Shown in pieces: positions 38,120-47,669 of a stretch of 61,819 nucleotides of DNA. A model generated the notes under the pieces. The model saw only the letters and a program-made list of their open reading frames with translations. It made no database searches and had not been told where the DNA came from. The DNA comes from an uncultured virus (IMG/VR IMGVR_UViG_3300020046_003388) (taxonomy: Duplodnaviria; Heunggongvirae; Uroviricota; Caudoviricetes), in IMG/VR virus record IMGVR_UViG_3300020046_003388. The stretch is one strand, 5' to 3'. The position numbers and the translations under genes were made by a program. Position 1 is the stretch's first letter; every line of letters begins with the position of its first letter.

Positions 38120-38601
38120 GAGTTGGAGACCTCTACCGAATAGACAATCAGTTGTGGTTGATCGCAAGCTACAACCCGAACGTTAGGACCGGTCAGGCGG
38201 TAAGTCCAACTCACGAGAGAATGACAATTCTGGACGAACCTGATTTGAAGCCTTTCGCGCACCCGCTATCGGAGTGGTATGTGCTTTTGGGTTCGGTACA
38301 GAAGAAGGCGGGCCCATACACTCAGGTTCAGATTCCAGCGAGTAACGTGACTCTAAAGCCTCACGAGCAATGGGTTCAAGTCATTCCAGACTTAGATGGG
38401 GGTAGTATCCTTGTTAACCCTAAGGTTACCCTACCCTATGGTACAGTACTTTTAGCTCAACGTGATAATGGGACTGGAGCTAGATTCACGGTACCTCTTA
38501 AGTGTCGCACCTTACCTCAGACGCAAGCTGAGACTCAGAGAGGGATTCCCAAGATTGTGACCAAGAGCAGGTTTGATCGTTTCCGAGACGGTGAGGAATA
38601 A
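38116..38601 (+). CDS. hypothetical protein, SH3-like N-terminus, SRFDRF tail
   Basis: MRVGDLYR..WLI; KSRFDRFRDGEE. Confidence 0.7.
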   Translation: MRVGDLYRIDNQLWLIASYNPNVRTGQAVSPTHERMTILDEPDLKPFAHPLSEWYVLLGSVQKKAGPYTQVQIPASNVTLKPHEQWVQVIPDLDGGSILVNPKVTLPYGTVLLAQRDNGTGARFTVPLKCRTLPQTQAETQRGIPKIVTKSRFDRFRDGEE

Positions 38602-39231
38602 ATGAAGCGGCACCTCCCTATCCTTGTGAGTAGGTCTGTAGGGGCGACTCAAAACGTACGCCTTGACCTTGCCTCGAAGTTTGAGATGCAGACCAGGCAA
38701 AAAATGACAGAGAGCGGGTCACGAGTGACCTGCACGGTAGGTTGCTCTAGCTGCTGTCACCATCCGATTCAGATCTCTATTTTCGAGGGGATTCTCATCT
38801 ATCGCTGGCTAGTTCAAAACCACAAGTGGACAACTAGACTGAAAGAGAAGCTCAAGAAGGTATCGGATCAACAGTATGGTACAAGCTTCGAGGTGTGGCT
38901 ACTCTCCAACATCCCATGCCCTCTCCTAGAGGACAACAAGTGCTCTGTATACAAGGCCAGACCGCTAGTCTGTAGAGCCTACTTTGCTACGAGTGACCCC
39001 TACTACTGCCACCCTCATCGACTTGGAGTCATGACCCAAATCGTATCGAGGGAGGAAGTGGTAGATGCCTTTAACGCTCAACAGGAGACTGAACTCCGTC
39101 AACACAAGCTGCAATTCATGACTATGCCTATTGGGGCTGCTGTTTTGCTTGGGGCTCAAGTGTGCGAAGAAGGTCTTGAGCTAGCTAATCTAGATCGGCT
39201 AATCTACCAAGAGTACGTAGAGAAAGGCTAG
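38602..39231 (+). CDS. YkgJ-family (CxxCxxCC) cysteine-cluster protein
   Basis: CTVGCSSCC, CPLLEDNKCSVYKARPLVCRAY. Confidence 0.85.
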   Translation: MKRHLPILVSRSVGATQNVRLDLASKFEMQTRQKMTESGSRVTCTVGCSSCCHHPIQISIFEGILIYRWLVQNHKWTTRLKEKLKKVSDQQYGTSFEVWLLSNIPCPLLEDNKCSVYKARPLVCRAYFATSDPYYCHPHRLGVMTQIVSREEVVDAFNAQQETELRQHKLQFMTMPIGAAVLLGAQVCEEGLELANLDRLIYQEYVEKG

Positions 39232-39236
39232 CTGCT

Positions 39237-39536
39237 GTGAAAGTTACATGCGCCATATGCGCTCGACGTAGAGATGAGAGTTCCTGTAAGGCCATCCCTA
39301 CTACGAAGGCAGACCGAGCCCAGTTGCTAAAAATGGGGGAGAAGACCCCTCAAGTGGTGTACCACTACTGTCGACCGTGTCTGCGCATACTAGAGAACCC
39401 AGCCACTGCACTCGACCTACTTCGTGGTATGATGCGCATTTACGCTCAAGCTGCGGGGGCGTCAAACCCAGACCAGATTGCTAGTAAGTACAAGAGTCAA
39501 CTAGCTGCGAAGATTCCAAGGCATAAGCCTTCATAG
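39237..39536 (+). CDS. Zn-finger hypothetical protein
   Basis: CAIC...YCRPC. Confidence 0.65.
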   Translation: MKVTCAICARRRDESSCKAIPTTKADRAQLLKMGEKTPQVVYHYCRPCLRILENPATALDLLRGMMRIYAQAAGASNPDQIASKYKSQLAAKIPRHKPS

Positions 39537-39548
39537 TAGAGGAACCCA

Positions 39549-40034
39549 ATGAGTCAAGATGTCGGACGTATGATGGCTGAGGCGCTCAAGTCTCAAATGC
39601 CAAGCCTAAAAACTCAAGCTCAATTCACAGCATTTATGGTGACCTTCGACGCGTTTCGAGGGCTCATGGATGCAACCTTTTCTCTTGACCCCGCTCGTGT
39701 CGTAGAGTGCCGGGACGTGTTTGAGAAAGCACTTAAGGCGTCGAAAGACGTTACGGAGCTTGGGCTCAAGTTCGAGGAGGTACCGCCTGAGAATAGGGGT
39801 GTAGCTTCGGATGCCTTCACTCAGCCTCCAAAGGAGTACCAAGAGTACGACATCCAAAAGCAACTCATCCTAGAGTTGGAGAAGATTGAGACCTTAGCCG
39901 AGCTGTCTAAGTGGTACCTAGCGACGACCACGTTGAGGAGTCGTGTTGTCTCTCAGGTACTTAGAAATGTGCTGATCGACATGATCCGAGATAAGAGGCT
40001 TCTTTTTGAGGCCGCTGAAAAGGTGGACTCTTGA
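39549..40034 (+). CDS. hypothetical protein
   Basis: GAGGA RBS; helical. Confidence 0.7.
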   Translation: MSQDVGRMMAEALKSQMPSLKTQAQFTAFMVTFDAFRGLMDATFSLDPARVVECRDVFEKALKASKDVTELGLKFEEVPPENRGVASDAFTQPPKEYQEYDIQKQLILELEKIETLAELSKWYLATTTLRSRVVSQVLRNVLIDMIRDKRLLFEAAEKVDS

Positions 40035-41044
40035 TTACGACGGATCGGCTAAGGGCCGTACATACGATTGTCACGCATGCTAATTGCCCAGATGGTATAG
40101 CCTCGGCAATCCTACTCCATGACGTACTACCTGAGGCGAAGATAGTATTCGTACAGCACCAAACACTGGAGCACAAGAGTCTACCCGTATCTGAAGGGGT
40201 GCTGTTTGTCGACTTTGCTCCCCATGAGACCCAAGCTCAGCAGTTCGTAGAAGCTGGAGCTATGATTCTTGACCACCACAAGACCGCAAGGGCTATCGTA
40301 GAGGCCTTTGGGGATAACGGTAGGTTTGGGGATGAGGTACAGGACCCTGGGGTGTGTGGGGCCGTCCTGGCTTTCAACCATGTTTGGGCGCCACTAAAGA
40401 GTCCTAGCTACCTAATTCCTAAGCCCCCACTAAAGGAATACCAGATAGCTAAGGACTTCGCAACGCTCGCTGGGGTTCGAGATACCTGGCAAAAGGACAG
40501 TCCAGATTGGCACAGAGCCTGTGTTCAAGCTGAGATGTTAAGGTTCTTCCCCATTGAGACCTTACTGGCGGATACCTGCCCATTCCTAAACTCCAACCAG
40601 AGTCGATGGCTACCTCGTATGGAGATAGGGGAGCTACTGATCGCAAAGCATACGAAGTCAACCCAAAAGGCAGTGGCTAAGTCCTTCAAGTTTAAGAGCT
40701 TAGCTGGGACTCGGGTTGTAATGCTCAGTAACGTAGGTGCGGTAAACGATGCCGCAGAGCTACTACGAGAAGAGGCTGATCTTGTAGTTGCCTTTGGTTA
40801 CGAGGTAGAGGACAACATGCCCAAGATCTACTTCTCCACCAGGACAGGAAGGTCGTTCGATTGTGGCACCTTCTGTAAGGACCATGGAGGCGGAGGACAC
40901 ACCAAAGCTGCTGGCTTTAACATGCCTCTTCCTGTCCTAAATCCTTACACAACCTTTCGCCAAGTACTGGATAATTGGGAGATGAATCACGCATCGCCTC
41001 AGTTACCTCTTCTGCCTACTCCACCCTATATGAAACCAATGTAA
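40031..41044 (+). CDS. DHH/DHHA1 phosphoesterase (NrnB-like)
   Basis: HANCPDG, VDFA, LDHHKT, CGAVL, GGGGHTKAAGF. Confidence 0.87.
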   Translation: MITTDRLRAVHTIVTHANCPDGIASAILLHDVLPEAKIVFVQHQTLEHKSLPVSEGVLFVDFAPHETQAQQFVEAGAMILDHHKTARAIVEAFGDNGRFGDEVQDPGVCGAVLAFNHVWAPLKSPSYLIPKPPLKEYQIAKDFATLAGVRDTWQKDSPDWHRACVQAEMLRFFPIETLLADTCPFLNSNQSRWLPRMEIGELLIAKHTKSTQKAVAKSFKFKSLAGTRVVMLSNVGAVNDAAELLREEADLVVAFGYEVEDNMPKIYFSTRTGRSFDCGTFCKDHGGGGHTKAAGFNMPLPVLNPYTTFRQVLDNWEMNHASPQLPLLPTPPYMKPM

Positions 41045-42301
41045 ACTACCTCGTCCTAAAAGGGAGAGGCTTTGTGCTTTACGCCACAAACTTTTGTAAC
41101 TGAACTCCGGGGCTCACAACCCCATCATCGTTCGCTACAATAGGCTGGTTTACAGCAGCCCTTGAAGAAATATTTCTCGCTCCTACATGATCGGCATGTC
41201 CCTCAAACCCACAACCCACACAGAGAAACTCGGATTGCGTCTTCCGGTTCCTCTTGTCGATTGTTCCACATTCTGGACAACTCTGACTCGTGTAGGCTGC
41301 GTTCACCAACCGCACACTCACGCCTGCAAGCAGCGCCTTGTAAGTGATGAACCCTCGCAGCTGGTAAAATGCCCATCCAGCATGCTTCGCTCGTTGGCTT
41401 TTCCTAACCGTTACCCGGACGCGAATTCCCTTGAGGTTCTCAAGAGCAATTCCGCGTCCGGTGTCTCTAGCCTTCGTTACGATGCATTTACTGATGCGAT
41501 GATTCTCGATGGATCGAAATCTGGCCTCCTTACCCGAGATTTTCTTGAGTCGTCGTTTAGCGCTCTTGGTTCCGCAAGCTTGAAGTCTTTGCCGATGCGA
41601 AGAGTACCTCTGGCGGGCAGCTTCAACTTCTGCCCCAGAATGAAACTCGGCATCGGAGTCCACCGCAAGATTGCGGATCCCAAGGTCGACCCCGAGCCAA
41701 CCCTCTGGGTCAATAGGGGAGCCGTCTGGAACATCTACGGTCACAAAGAGGTAAAGCTTACCCCTGCGGTAAACGAGATCAGCTTGTCCTCTAACGCCTT
41801 CAAGACGAGCACGATGGTAGGACCCGATGGCACACGGAACCGTGATACGACCATTGAGGGTCAAGATCGAGAGTCGGTCCAGACCGTTCTTGAAAGTGTA
41901 GAGTCGTTGGTCATATGGGAACGACCCGAGCGGGTTAAACTTGGGAAGCTTGGCCTTATCTCTTTTGTAGACTTCGCAGACTTTACTGATAGCTCGTACG
42001 GCATGTTGAGCGCTGAGATCGAATGTCTTGCGGATCTCGTGGTAGAAGAGCTTCTGAAGCCTAAGTTTGTCAGCCGTTCGAAGCTTAAAAGCTTTCTCGG
42101 CGATCCAGTCGCAAGCTGCATTGGCACGGCGAAGTGTCTCCAAAAGGCGTTCCTTCTGGGCTTCATCGGTCAAGAGCTGCACGGTAGCGATCAGTTTCAT
42201 CTCATAGATACAAGACGTATAAGTAAACCCTCAACCAAAGAGAGCGTTTTCTTTCTGCCTTCAGGCGGAGGAGGAAGCGCTGAGATATGTGAAAAACCCA
42301 A
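41041..42301 (-). mobile_element. Non-autonomous IS200/IS605-family element (tnpB only, IS1341-like)
   Basis: Right end on minus strand ...AAGCCTCTCCCTTTTAGGACGAGGTAGTTTAC; left subterminal hairpin ~42245-42281; opposite orientation to the flanking operon; left boundary inferred. Confidence 0.75.
41079..42200 (-). CDS. tnpB: RNA-guided endonuclease TnpB
   Basis: RuvC-I GVDLG, RuvC-II IALENL, YTSQSCPECG..CVGCG Zn finger, RuvC-III ADHVGARNI. Confidence 0.95.
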   Translation of the reverse strand: MKLIATVQLLTDEAQKERLLETLRRANAACDWIAEKAFKLRTADKLRLQKLFYHEIRKTFDLSAQHAVRAISKVCEVYKRDKAKLPKFNPLGSFPYDQRLYTFKNGLDRLSILTLNGRITVPCAIGSYHRARLEGVRGQADLVYRRGKLYLFVTVDVPDGSPIDPEGWLGVDLGIRNLAVDSDAEFHSGAEVEAARQRYSSHRQRLQACGTKSAKRRLKKISGKEARFRSIENHRISKCIVTKARDTGRGIALENLKGIRVRVTVRKSQRAKHAGWAFYQLRGFITYKALLAGVSVRLVNAAYTSQSCPECGTIDKRNRKTQSEFLCVGCGFEGHADHVGARNISSRAAVNQPIVANDDGVVSPGVQLQKFVA

Positions 42302-42502
42302 ATGAATGAAGAAGACTTCGAGGATGTGGTTAAGCTCGCATTGACTGGTTACGCCAAGGAGAACGATCTGCCTTTGCTCGTGGAGACCGTTCAAGAGAAG
42401 GGGTTCAACGAGGGGGCTGGACTGGTTGTCCGCCTAGGTGGAAACGAGTTCTGTCTGGCGATTCGACAAACGCTATTTGAGGATGCCGAGGTTGGACAGT
42501 GA
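42302..42502 (+). CDS. hypothetical protein
   Basis: GLVVRL..GNEF; GTGA overlap with dam. Confidence 0.6.
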   Translation: MNEEDFEDVVKLALTGYAKENDLPLLVETVQEKGFNEGAGLVVRLGGNEFCLAIRQTLFEDAEVGQ

Positions 42503-43470
42503 GTTCCATGTGCTGCCCTCAATGCGGAACCGGACGATGGATCAAGGGTGACAAGTGCTGTGTTTGCAACTCGACTGTTGTTGACCTAACGGTGGTCGCG
42601 AAGGAGCTGGATCTAAGTGTAGCCAAGCCCTTCGTGAAATGGGCTGGGGGTAAGAGACAGCTTGTCTCGAAGATTTTAACCAAGATCTCTAGTCCAATCA
42701 ATACCTACTACGAGCCTTTTGTCGGAGGTGGGGCCCTGTTTTTTGCTCTTGCAAACAGGAAGTTGTTCACGGATGCTGTGCTGAATGACGTAAACAAAGA
42801 GCTGATTCTGACTTACAGCGTTATTCGAGAGCCTACTCAGCTTTCGACACTGATTGAGCTGCTAGCAACCTACCCAAACACCAAGGAATTCTTCCTTGAG
42901 GTCAGAGCTAAGCAACCAAGTAAGGAGCTACTTAGCGACCCAGACCTGTACTACTCTCAGGAGGGGGTTGAGATTGCGGCTCGGTTCATCTACTTGAATA
43001 AGACCGGGTTCAACGGTCTTTACCGAGTAAACAAGAGTGGTGGATTCAACGTCCCCTTTGGGAAGGCTGCAAACCCTACCATCTGTGATGCTCTCAATCT
43101 ACGAGCCGTCTCGAAGGTCCTTGCGAAAGAGAGGGTAAGGTGCGTGGACTTTGATCTCGCAACCGCAGAAGCCCAAGCAGGAGACCTGGTTTACTTCGAC
43201 CCCCCGTACATCCCAAGGACGGAGACCTCTAACTTTACAGCGTATACCGCTGAGGGGTTTGGCCTCTCCGAGCACAGACGACTAGCTGCAACGTTCAGTC
43301 GATTGGCGAGGGAAGGAGTCAGAGTACTCCTCTCGAACTCCGATATGCCCGTAATTCGAGAGTTGTACTCTGACTTTCAAGTGGATACCGTAGAGGCAAA
43401 GCGCTCCATCAACAGTGACGGAACGAAACGTGGGCTAGTTACCGAACTTCTGGTGAGTGCAAATCTCTAA
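42499..43470 (+). CDS. dam: Dam-family (D12) DNA adenine methyltransferase with N-terminal Zn ribbon
   Basis: KPFVKWAGGKRQL, YYEPFVGGGA, FNGLYRVN..FNVPFG, YFDPPY, LSNS. Confidence 0.92.
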   Translation: MSSMCCPQCGTGRWIKGDKCCVCNSTVVDLTVVAKELDLSVAKPFVKWAGGKRQLVSKILTKISSPINTYYEPFVGGGALFFALANRKLFTDAVLNDVNKELILTYSVIREPTQLSTLIELLATYPNTKEFFLEVRAKQPSKELLSDPDLYYSQEGVEIAARFIYLNKTGFNGLYRVNKSGGFNVPFGKAANPTICDALNLRAVSKVLAKERVRCVDFDLATAEAQAGDLVYFDPPYIPRTETSNFTAYTAEGFGLSEHRRLAATFSRLAREGVRVLLSNSDMPVIRELYSDFQVDTVEAKRSINSDGTKRGLVTELLVSANL

Positions 43471-43518
43471 GGTCAGTGGGGTGGGTACGGTAATCTACTT
43501 ATCATACCCACCCTATAG

Positions 43519-43875
43519 ATGCCAGATGACAAGAGATGGGAACGTCGACAGAGGGTAACGAAAGCTAGGAAGGCCCTTAGGGACCAGATTATAGCTTACA
43601 AGGGTGGGAAGTGTGAGATTTGCGCCTACGACAAATGCCCGTCTGCGTTTGACTTGCACCACCTGAACCCAGACGAGAAGGAGTTCAACATTTCCTCTCG
43701 GATGACCTCCTTTGAGGCTATCCGAGCTGAGTTGGATAAGTGTGTGCTGCTTTGTTGTCGATGCCACCGGGAGGTACATGACGGGTGGCACCCTCAGTAC
43801 CTTGTCTGGGAAGACTCGGATGCTGGAGGCCCACTGGACGAGGAGTTACCTGACTTCCTTGCGGAGCTGGAATGA
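43519..43875 (+). CDS. small HNH endonuclease
   Basis: CEICAY..DLHHLNPDEK..KCVLLCCRCHREVH. Confidence 0.85.
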   Translation: MPDDKRWERRQRVTKARKALRDQIIAYKGGKCEICAYDKCPSAFDLHHLNPDEKEFNISSRMTSFEAIRAELDKCVLLCCRCHREVHDGWHPQYLVWEDSDAGGPLDEELPDFLAELE

Positions 43876-44075
43876 GTGACCACTACACTAGAGCTTGGGC
43901 CGACCATATGAGCATTCTCGATATTCTCCGCCTACTAGACATGCGATGGCGTGAGGAATGCCGTAAAGAAGACGAAGAGTACGTTGCTAACTTGATTGCC
44001 AAGAATCGACCACCGAAGGGTGACAAGAGACTACTTACACATGCCCCTGCAATTGACAAAACAAGGGATACGTAA
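43872..44075 (+). CDS. hypothetical protein
   Basis: ATGA overlap. Confidence 0.5.
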   Translation: MSDHYTRAWADHMSILDILRLLDMRWREECRKEDEEYVANLIAKNRPPKGDKRLLTHAPAIDKTRDT

Positions 44076-44305
44076 CCTCGATCTAATACCTACTCCTTCC
44101 CGAGAGTCACGTATTCTACCTCCGAATTGCGACCATCGAAAGATGGGAATTTGCTGCTACGTGATCGCAGCGTCCGGTGTATTCGTTGGCAAGCGCATTC
44201 CTTGTGGCAATCTTATGTGTAGAGGGTGTGGCCTCACTTGGGATATCGCAGCTGAGCACTGATGAAGTCTTGACTGTAGTAACTTACTTATACGCCATGT
44301 AAGAC

Positions 44306-44494
44306 ATGAGTAACAGAATCAGTCGTACCTTTCGGATGCCCGAAGCACTCTCACTTAGGGTTGAAGCTGTCAGAATTGAGATGTCGAAGAGATCCATGGA
44401 GGTGGCAGTTGATCGCACGGCGGTCTTGTGTCTTTTACTGGAACATGGGCTAGACCAACTAGAGTTGAAGTTAAAGGCCTCTGGTGGGTTGTGA
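44306..44494 (+). CDS. ribbon-helix-helix (CopG/Arc-like) protein
   Basis: SRTFRMPEAL..RV....DRTAVL..LLEHGL. Confidence 0.65.
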   Translation: MSNRISRTFRMPEALSLRVEAVRIEMSKRSMEVAVDRTAVLCLLLEHGLDQLELKLKASGGL

Positions 44495-45333
44495 AGCCCG
44501 ATAGCCTAAAACCTTGGGCTATCTATAAGCTCACAGACCCACGTGAGCCTGATGTTGTTAGGTACATTGGCAAAACGCACCTCGCTGACCCCAGACGTCG
44601 CCTTCGAAAACACCTGACTGAGGCTGTGTCCGGACGGGATAAAACTTACTGCGGTAACTGGAAAAGGTCACTACTGGACGCTGGGGTCGAACCCTGTCTA
44701 ACCATCATTGAATTAGGGGAAGGAGAAGGATGGGCGGATGCTGAGATGTATTGGATCACACACTATCAAAATGACGCTCGCTCACGTCTGACTAACTTGA
44801 CGAAAGGGGGCGTAGGCATAGTTGGGTATCAGCATAGCCCTGAGACGAGAGAAAAGATTGCAGGCGCTCTTCTTGGTCACGTGGTATCCGTGACCACACG
44901 AGAAAAACTTCGTCATGCTAACACCGGTCGTATTGCACCCAGAGATCAAGTGGAAAGATCATCGGCTGCCCGTCGAGGCAAAAAACGGTCTGCATCTGCG
45001 ATTGAGAAAACAGCCGCTGCGAAGAGGGGTACAAAACACACCCCCGAAGCTATTGAGAAAATGAGAGCTTCCAAGCTTGGTCAAAAGCATACTGAGGAGG
45101 CAAAAGCCAAAATTAGTGCAGCTAATAAGGGGAAAATCCTATCCCCTGAATCCAGAGCCAAGATAGCCGCTGCCGCAATAGGGCGTATACTGTCGGACGA
45201 GACCAAAGCCAAGATGAATGCCGCCAAAAGGGGCCGAAAACAAACCACAGAAACTATTGCTAAACGAGTGGCCACTCGAAAAATCAATCGTGAGTCAAGA
45301 AAAGAGCGCAAAGATGAGCACTACGTCGCATAA
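44491..45333 (+). CDS. GIY-YIG homing endonuclease with NUMOD3 repeats
   Basis: AIYKL..RYIGKT, R..KH, E.YWI, LTN.T.GG; repeated H(S/T)xE(T/A)xxK(I/M) units. Confidence 0.9.
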   Translation: MKPDSLKPWAIYKLTDPREPDVVRYIGKTHLADPRRRLRKHLTEAVSGRDKTYCGNWKRSLLDAGVEPCLTIIELGEGEGWADAEMYWITHYQNDARSRLTNLTKGGVGIVGYQHSPETREKIAGALLGHVVSVTTREKLRHANTGRIAPRDQVERSSAARRGKKRSASAIEKTAAAKRGTKHTPEAIEKMRASKLGQKHTEEAKAKISAANKGKILSPESRAKIAAAAIGRILSDETKAKMNAAKRGRKQTTETIAKRVATRKINRESRKERKDEHYVA

Positions 45334-47596
45334 GATCAGTCCAAATCTGTACCTCGTTCGCCAGGAGATCACAAGGAAGCCAACTGTTCAACGGGTAGAA
45401 CAACCAACCAATTATATATTCGTGTGTGACGTGTCCGGCTCTATGTCCAGCGATCTACCGATGATCCGAGAGCAACTTAAGAAGAAACTCCCCAAACTCC
45501 TCCGGGAGATGGATACAATTTCGATCATATTCTTCTCTGGACGCAAGGAGTTTGGAGTTATTCTGGAGGCCGAGCCTGTTGCCACCCTTGCCGATCTAAA
45601 AGACGTAAATACAGCAATTGACCGCTGGCTTAAGCCAGTTGGTCTCACTGGGTTCAAAGACCCTTTGGAAGAGGTTATAGCACTGACCAAGAGGGTCTCC
45701 AAGATCAACAAAAGTACGTTCGCTCTCTTGTTCTTATCTGACGGCCATGATAATTGCTCTCCTCGTGGAGATGTGCTCAATGCCGTTGAGCAAGCTGGCA
45801 AATGCGTTGCATCAGTAACCATTATTGAGTACGGCTACTACGCAGATCGACCCCTGCTTACCGCCATGGCGGAAAAGGCAGGAGGTAGCCTTATTCACGC
45901 AAACGCTTTCGACAAGTTCCAGCCTATCTTTGAAGCCTCGATGGCAAAGCGCCCTCTTGGAGCCTCCAAGGTTGAGGTGTCCATCTCTGGGGATGCGATT
46001 GGAGGATTTGTCTGGTCCCAAGAGAGTGGAGACCTGACAACTTACTCGATCGATGGCGATAAGGTACGTGTTACTGAGGGCACTGGAGATCTTTGGTACT
46101 TGTCCCCTAAGCCCAATGGACTTGAGCACAAGCTTGAGAACTCCTTTGCTCCACTCTATGCGGCAATGAGTTTGTTCTCGGTTCGGATGAAGCCAGAGGT
46201 CATCTTTCCGCTCCTCAAGGCAACGGGGGACGTAAAGTTCATCGAAGACTTTGCCTCCTGCTTTGGTAAGCAGAAGTACAGTGAGTTCATGGATGCTACG
46301 AAGGCTGCGGCTTTCAATCCTAAGTTGTGCTTTAGCAAGGGCTATGACCCCAATAAGGTCCCAGCCGACGATGCTTACACAATCCTCGACTTGCTGAAGC
46401 TACTCTCATCCGATGAAGCTAACCGCGTTCTGTTGGATCACCCAGACTTCAAGTTTAGCTGCATCTCTCGTAAGCGAGTGGACGCAGCGAGTGTTCTGAC
46501 CGAGGATGAGCAGAAGCAGGTAGCTGAGATCAGCAGCAAGCTAGCTACCGAAAAGAGCGCAGCCAAGCTGAAGGAGCTTCAAGCCGAGTTGTCTGCAATC
46601 ACGGCCAAGAAGAATCCTTTGAAGTTCACGCAGACCTTGCAGCCAGAGGGGTACGCTATCTCCTCTCTCACCTTCAATGAGGACCGTCCCAACGTCAGCA
46701 TGAAGCTGAAGCTTGAGGGGACGGTAGACTTGACAGGTAGGCTCCCAGAGGGAAGTAAGATTCCAGATCAATTCTCTACCTTCCAGTACCGGGATCGTAA
46801 CGTGGTAGCCGATGGTCTCGTCAACATGGAGCAACTTCCTGTCCGTGTAACGAAGGCCACGGCAAACGCCCTATCCAAGGTCCTACCCGCTGCGGCTCTT
46901 CCTGCGAAGATGATCGTAAGCAAGGACTACGTAGAGGGGACGATCAACCTCACGGCTCTTCCTGTCATCAACCGTCAAATGTGCAAGACGGCTTCAGCTG
47001 CAACCCTGTTCCGCACCCAGTTCCAGCTGGAGAAGGCTCGGGCAGCTCAAAAGGTGTACAAGGCCTACAAGGATGAGCGGGTTGCGAAGAAGGAGTCCAA
47101 GTCTTACCAAGAGACGTATGGAGCTACCGACGCAGAGTGGCTTAAGGACCAAGGGTTTACGGACTACAGCGGGTTCTCGCCAAAGATGGTCCAGGCAGAG
47201 AGCACTGACTTCTACGTAGGTAAGGCTCTTGAGGTGTCCCTTAAGGGGTACTCCAAGCTTCCCTCGATGACGGAGTACAAGAAGCAAGCCTCTACGAACA
47301 AGTTCAATGGGCCTGGACTGCTCATGAAGCCAGTCGTTGAAGAGGTTGAGGCCTACTTGAACTCGAAGCCTTCAGAGGCTGAAGTCCTTGCTTGGCTTGA
47401 GACCAAGACGAAGGCCTCTGTCAAGGCGGCTCGGGACCTCATCTTTGAGCTTGCTCAAGTGAAGTTTGCAATCGTAGTTGGCCAAGGTTGGTTTGAGGAG
47501 TTCTCTTCTCTTGACGAGAACTCCCTAACTCTGGAAGTCGATGGGGTCCAGCTAGCTGGCAAAGTCGAGATGAAAGAGATCCAAGTAAAGCTATGA
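45314..47596 (+). CDS. von Willebrand factor A (vWA) domain protein
   Basis: MIDAS FVCDVSGSM, T in GLTGF, FLSDG; start at ATG 45314. Confidence 0.88.
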   Translation: MSTTSHKISPNLYLVRQEITRKPTVQRVEQPTNYIFVCDVSGSMSSDLPMIREQLKKKLPKLLREMDTISIIFFSGRKEFGVILEAEPVATLADLKDVNTAIDRWLKPVGLTGFKDPLEEVIALTKRVSKINKSTFALLFLSDGHDNCSPRGDVLNAVEQAGKCVASVTIIEYGYYADRPLLTAMAEKAGGSLIHANAFDKFQPIFEASMAKRPLGASKVEVSISGDAIGGFVWSQESGDLTTYSIDGDKVRVTEGTGDLWYLSPKPNGLEHKLENSFAPLYAAMSLFSVRMKPEVIFPLLKATGDVKFIEDFASCFGKQKYSEFMDATKAAAFNPKLCFSKGYDPNKVPADDAYTILDLLKLLSSDEANRVLLDHPDFKFSCISRKRVDAASVLTEDEQKQVAEISSKLATEKSAAKLKELQAELSAITAKKNPLKFTQTLQPEGYAISSLTFNEDRPNVSMKLKLEGTVDLTGRLPEGSKIPDQFSTFQYRDRNVVADGLVNMEQLPVRVTKATANALSKVLPAAALPAKMIVSKDYVEGTINLTALPVINRQMCKTASAATLFRTQFQLEKARAAQKVYKAYKDERVAKKESKSYQETYGATDAEWLKDQGFTDYSGFSPKMVQAESTDFYVGKALEVSLKGYSKLPSMTEYKKQASTNKFNGPGLLMKPVVEEVEAYLNSKPSEAEVLAWLETKTKASVKAARDLIFELAQVKFAIVVGQGWFEEFSSLDENSLTLEVDGVQLAGKVEMKEIQVKL

Positions 47597-47669
47597 GTAC
47601 GTCAGGCCGATTTCAGGACCCAAAAGAGGGTACAGCAGACCCTAGAGATGAAAGAAGTACAGGTTAAGA

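Noticed and set aside
41187..42305. 372-aa plus-strand ORF
   Set aside because: Antisense shadow of tnpB with no recognisable motifs.
42499..43875. dam plus HNH as a restriction-modification pair
   Set aside because: The HNH is a small stand-alone type with its own upstream motif, and orphan Dam methylases are common in phages. Nothing in the sequence links the two.
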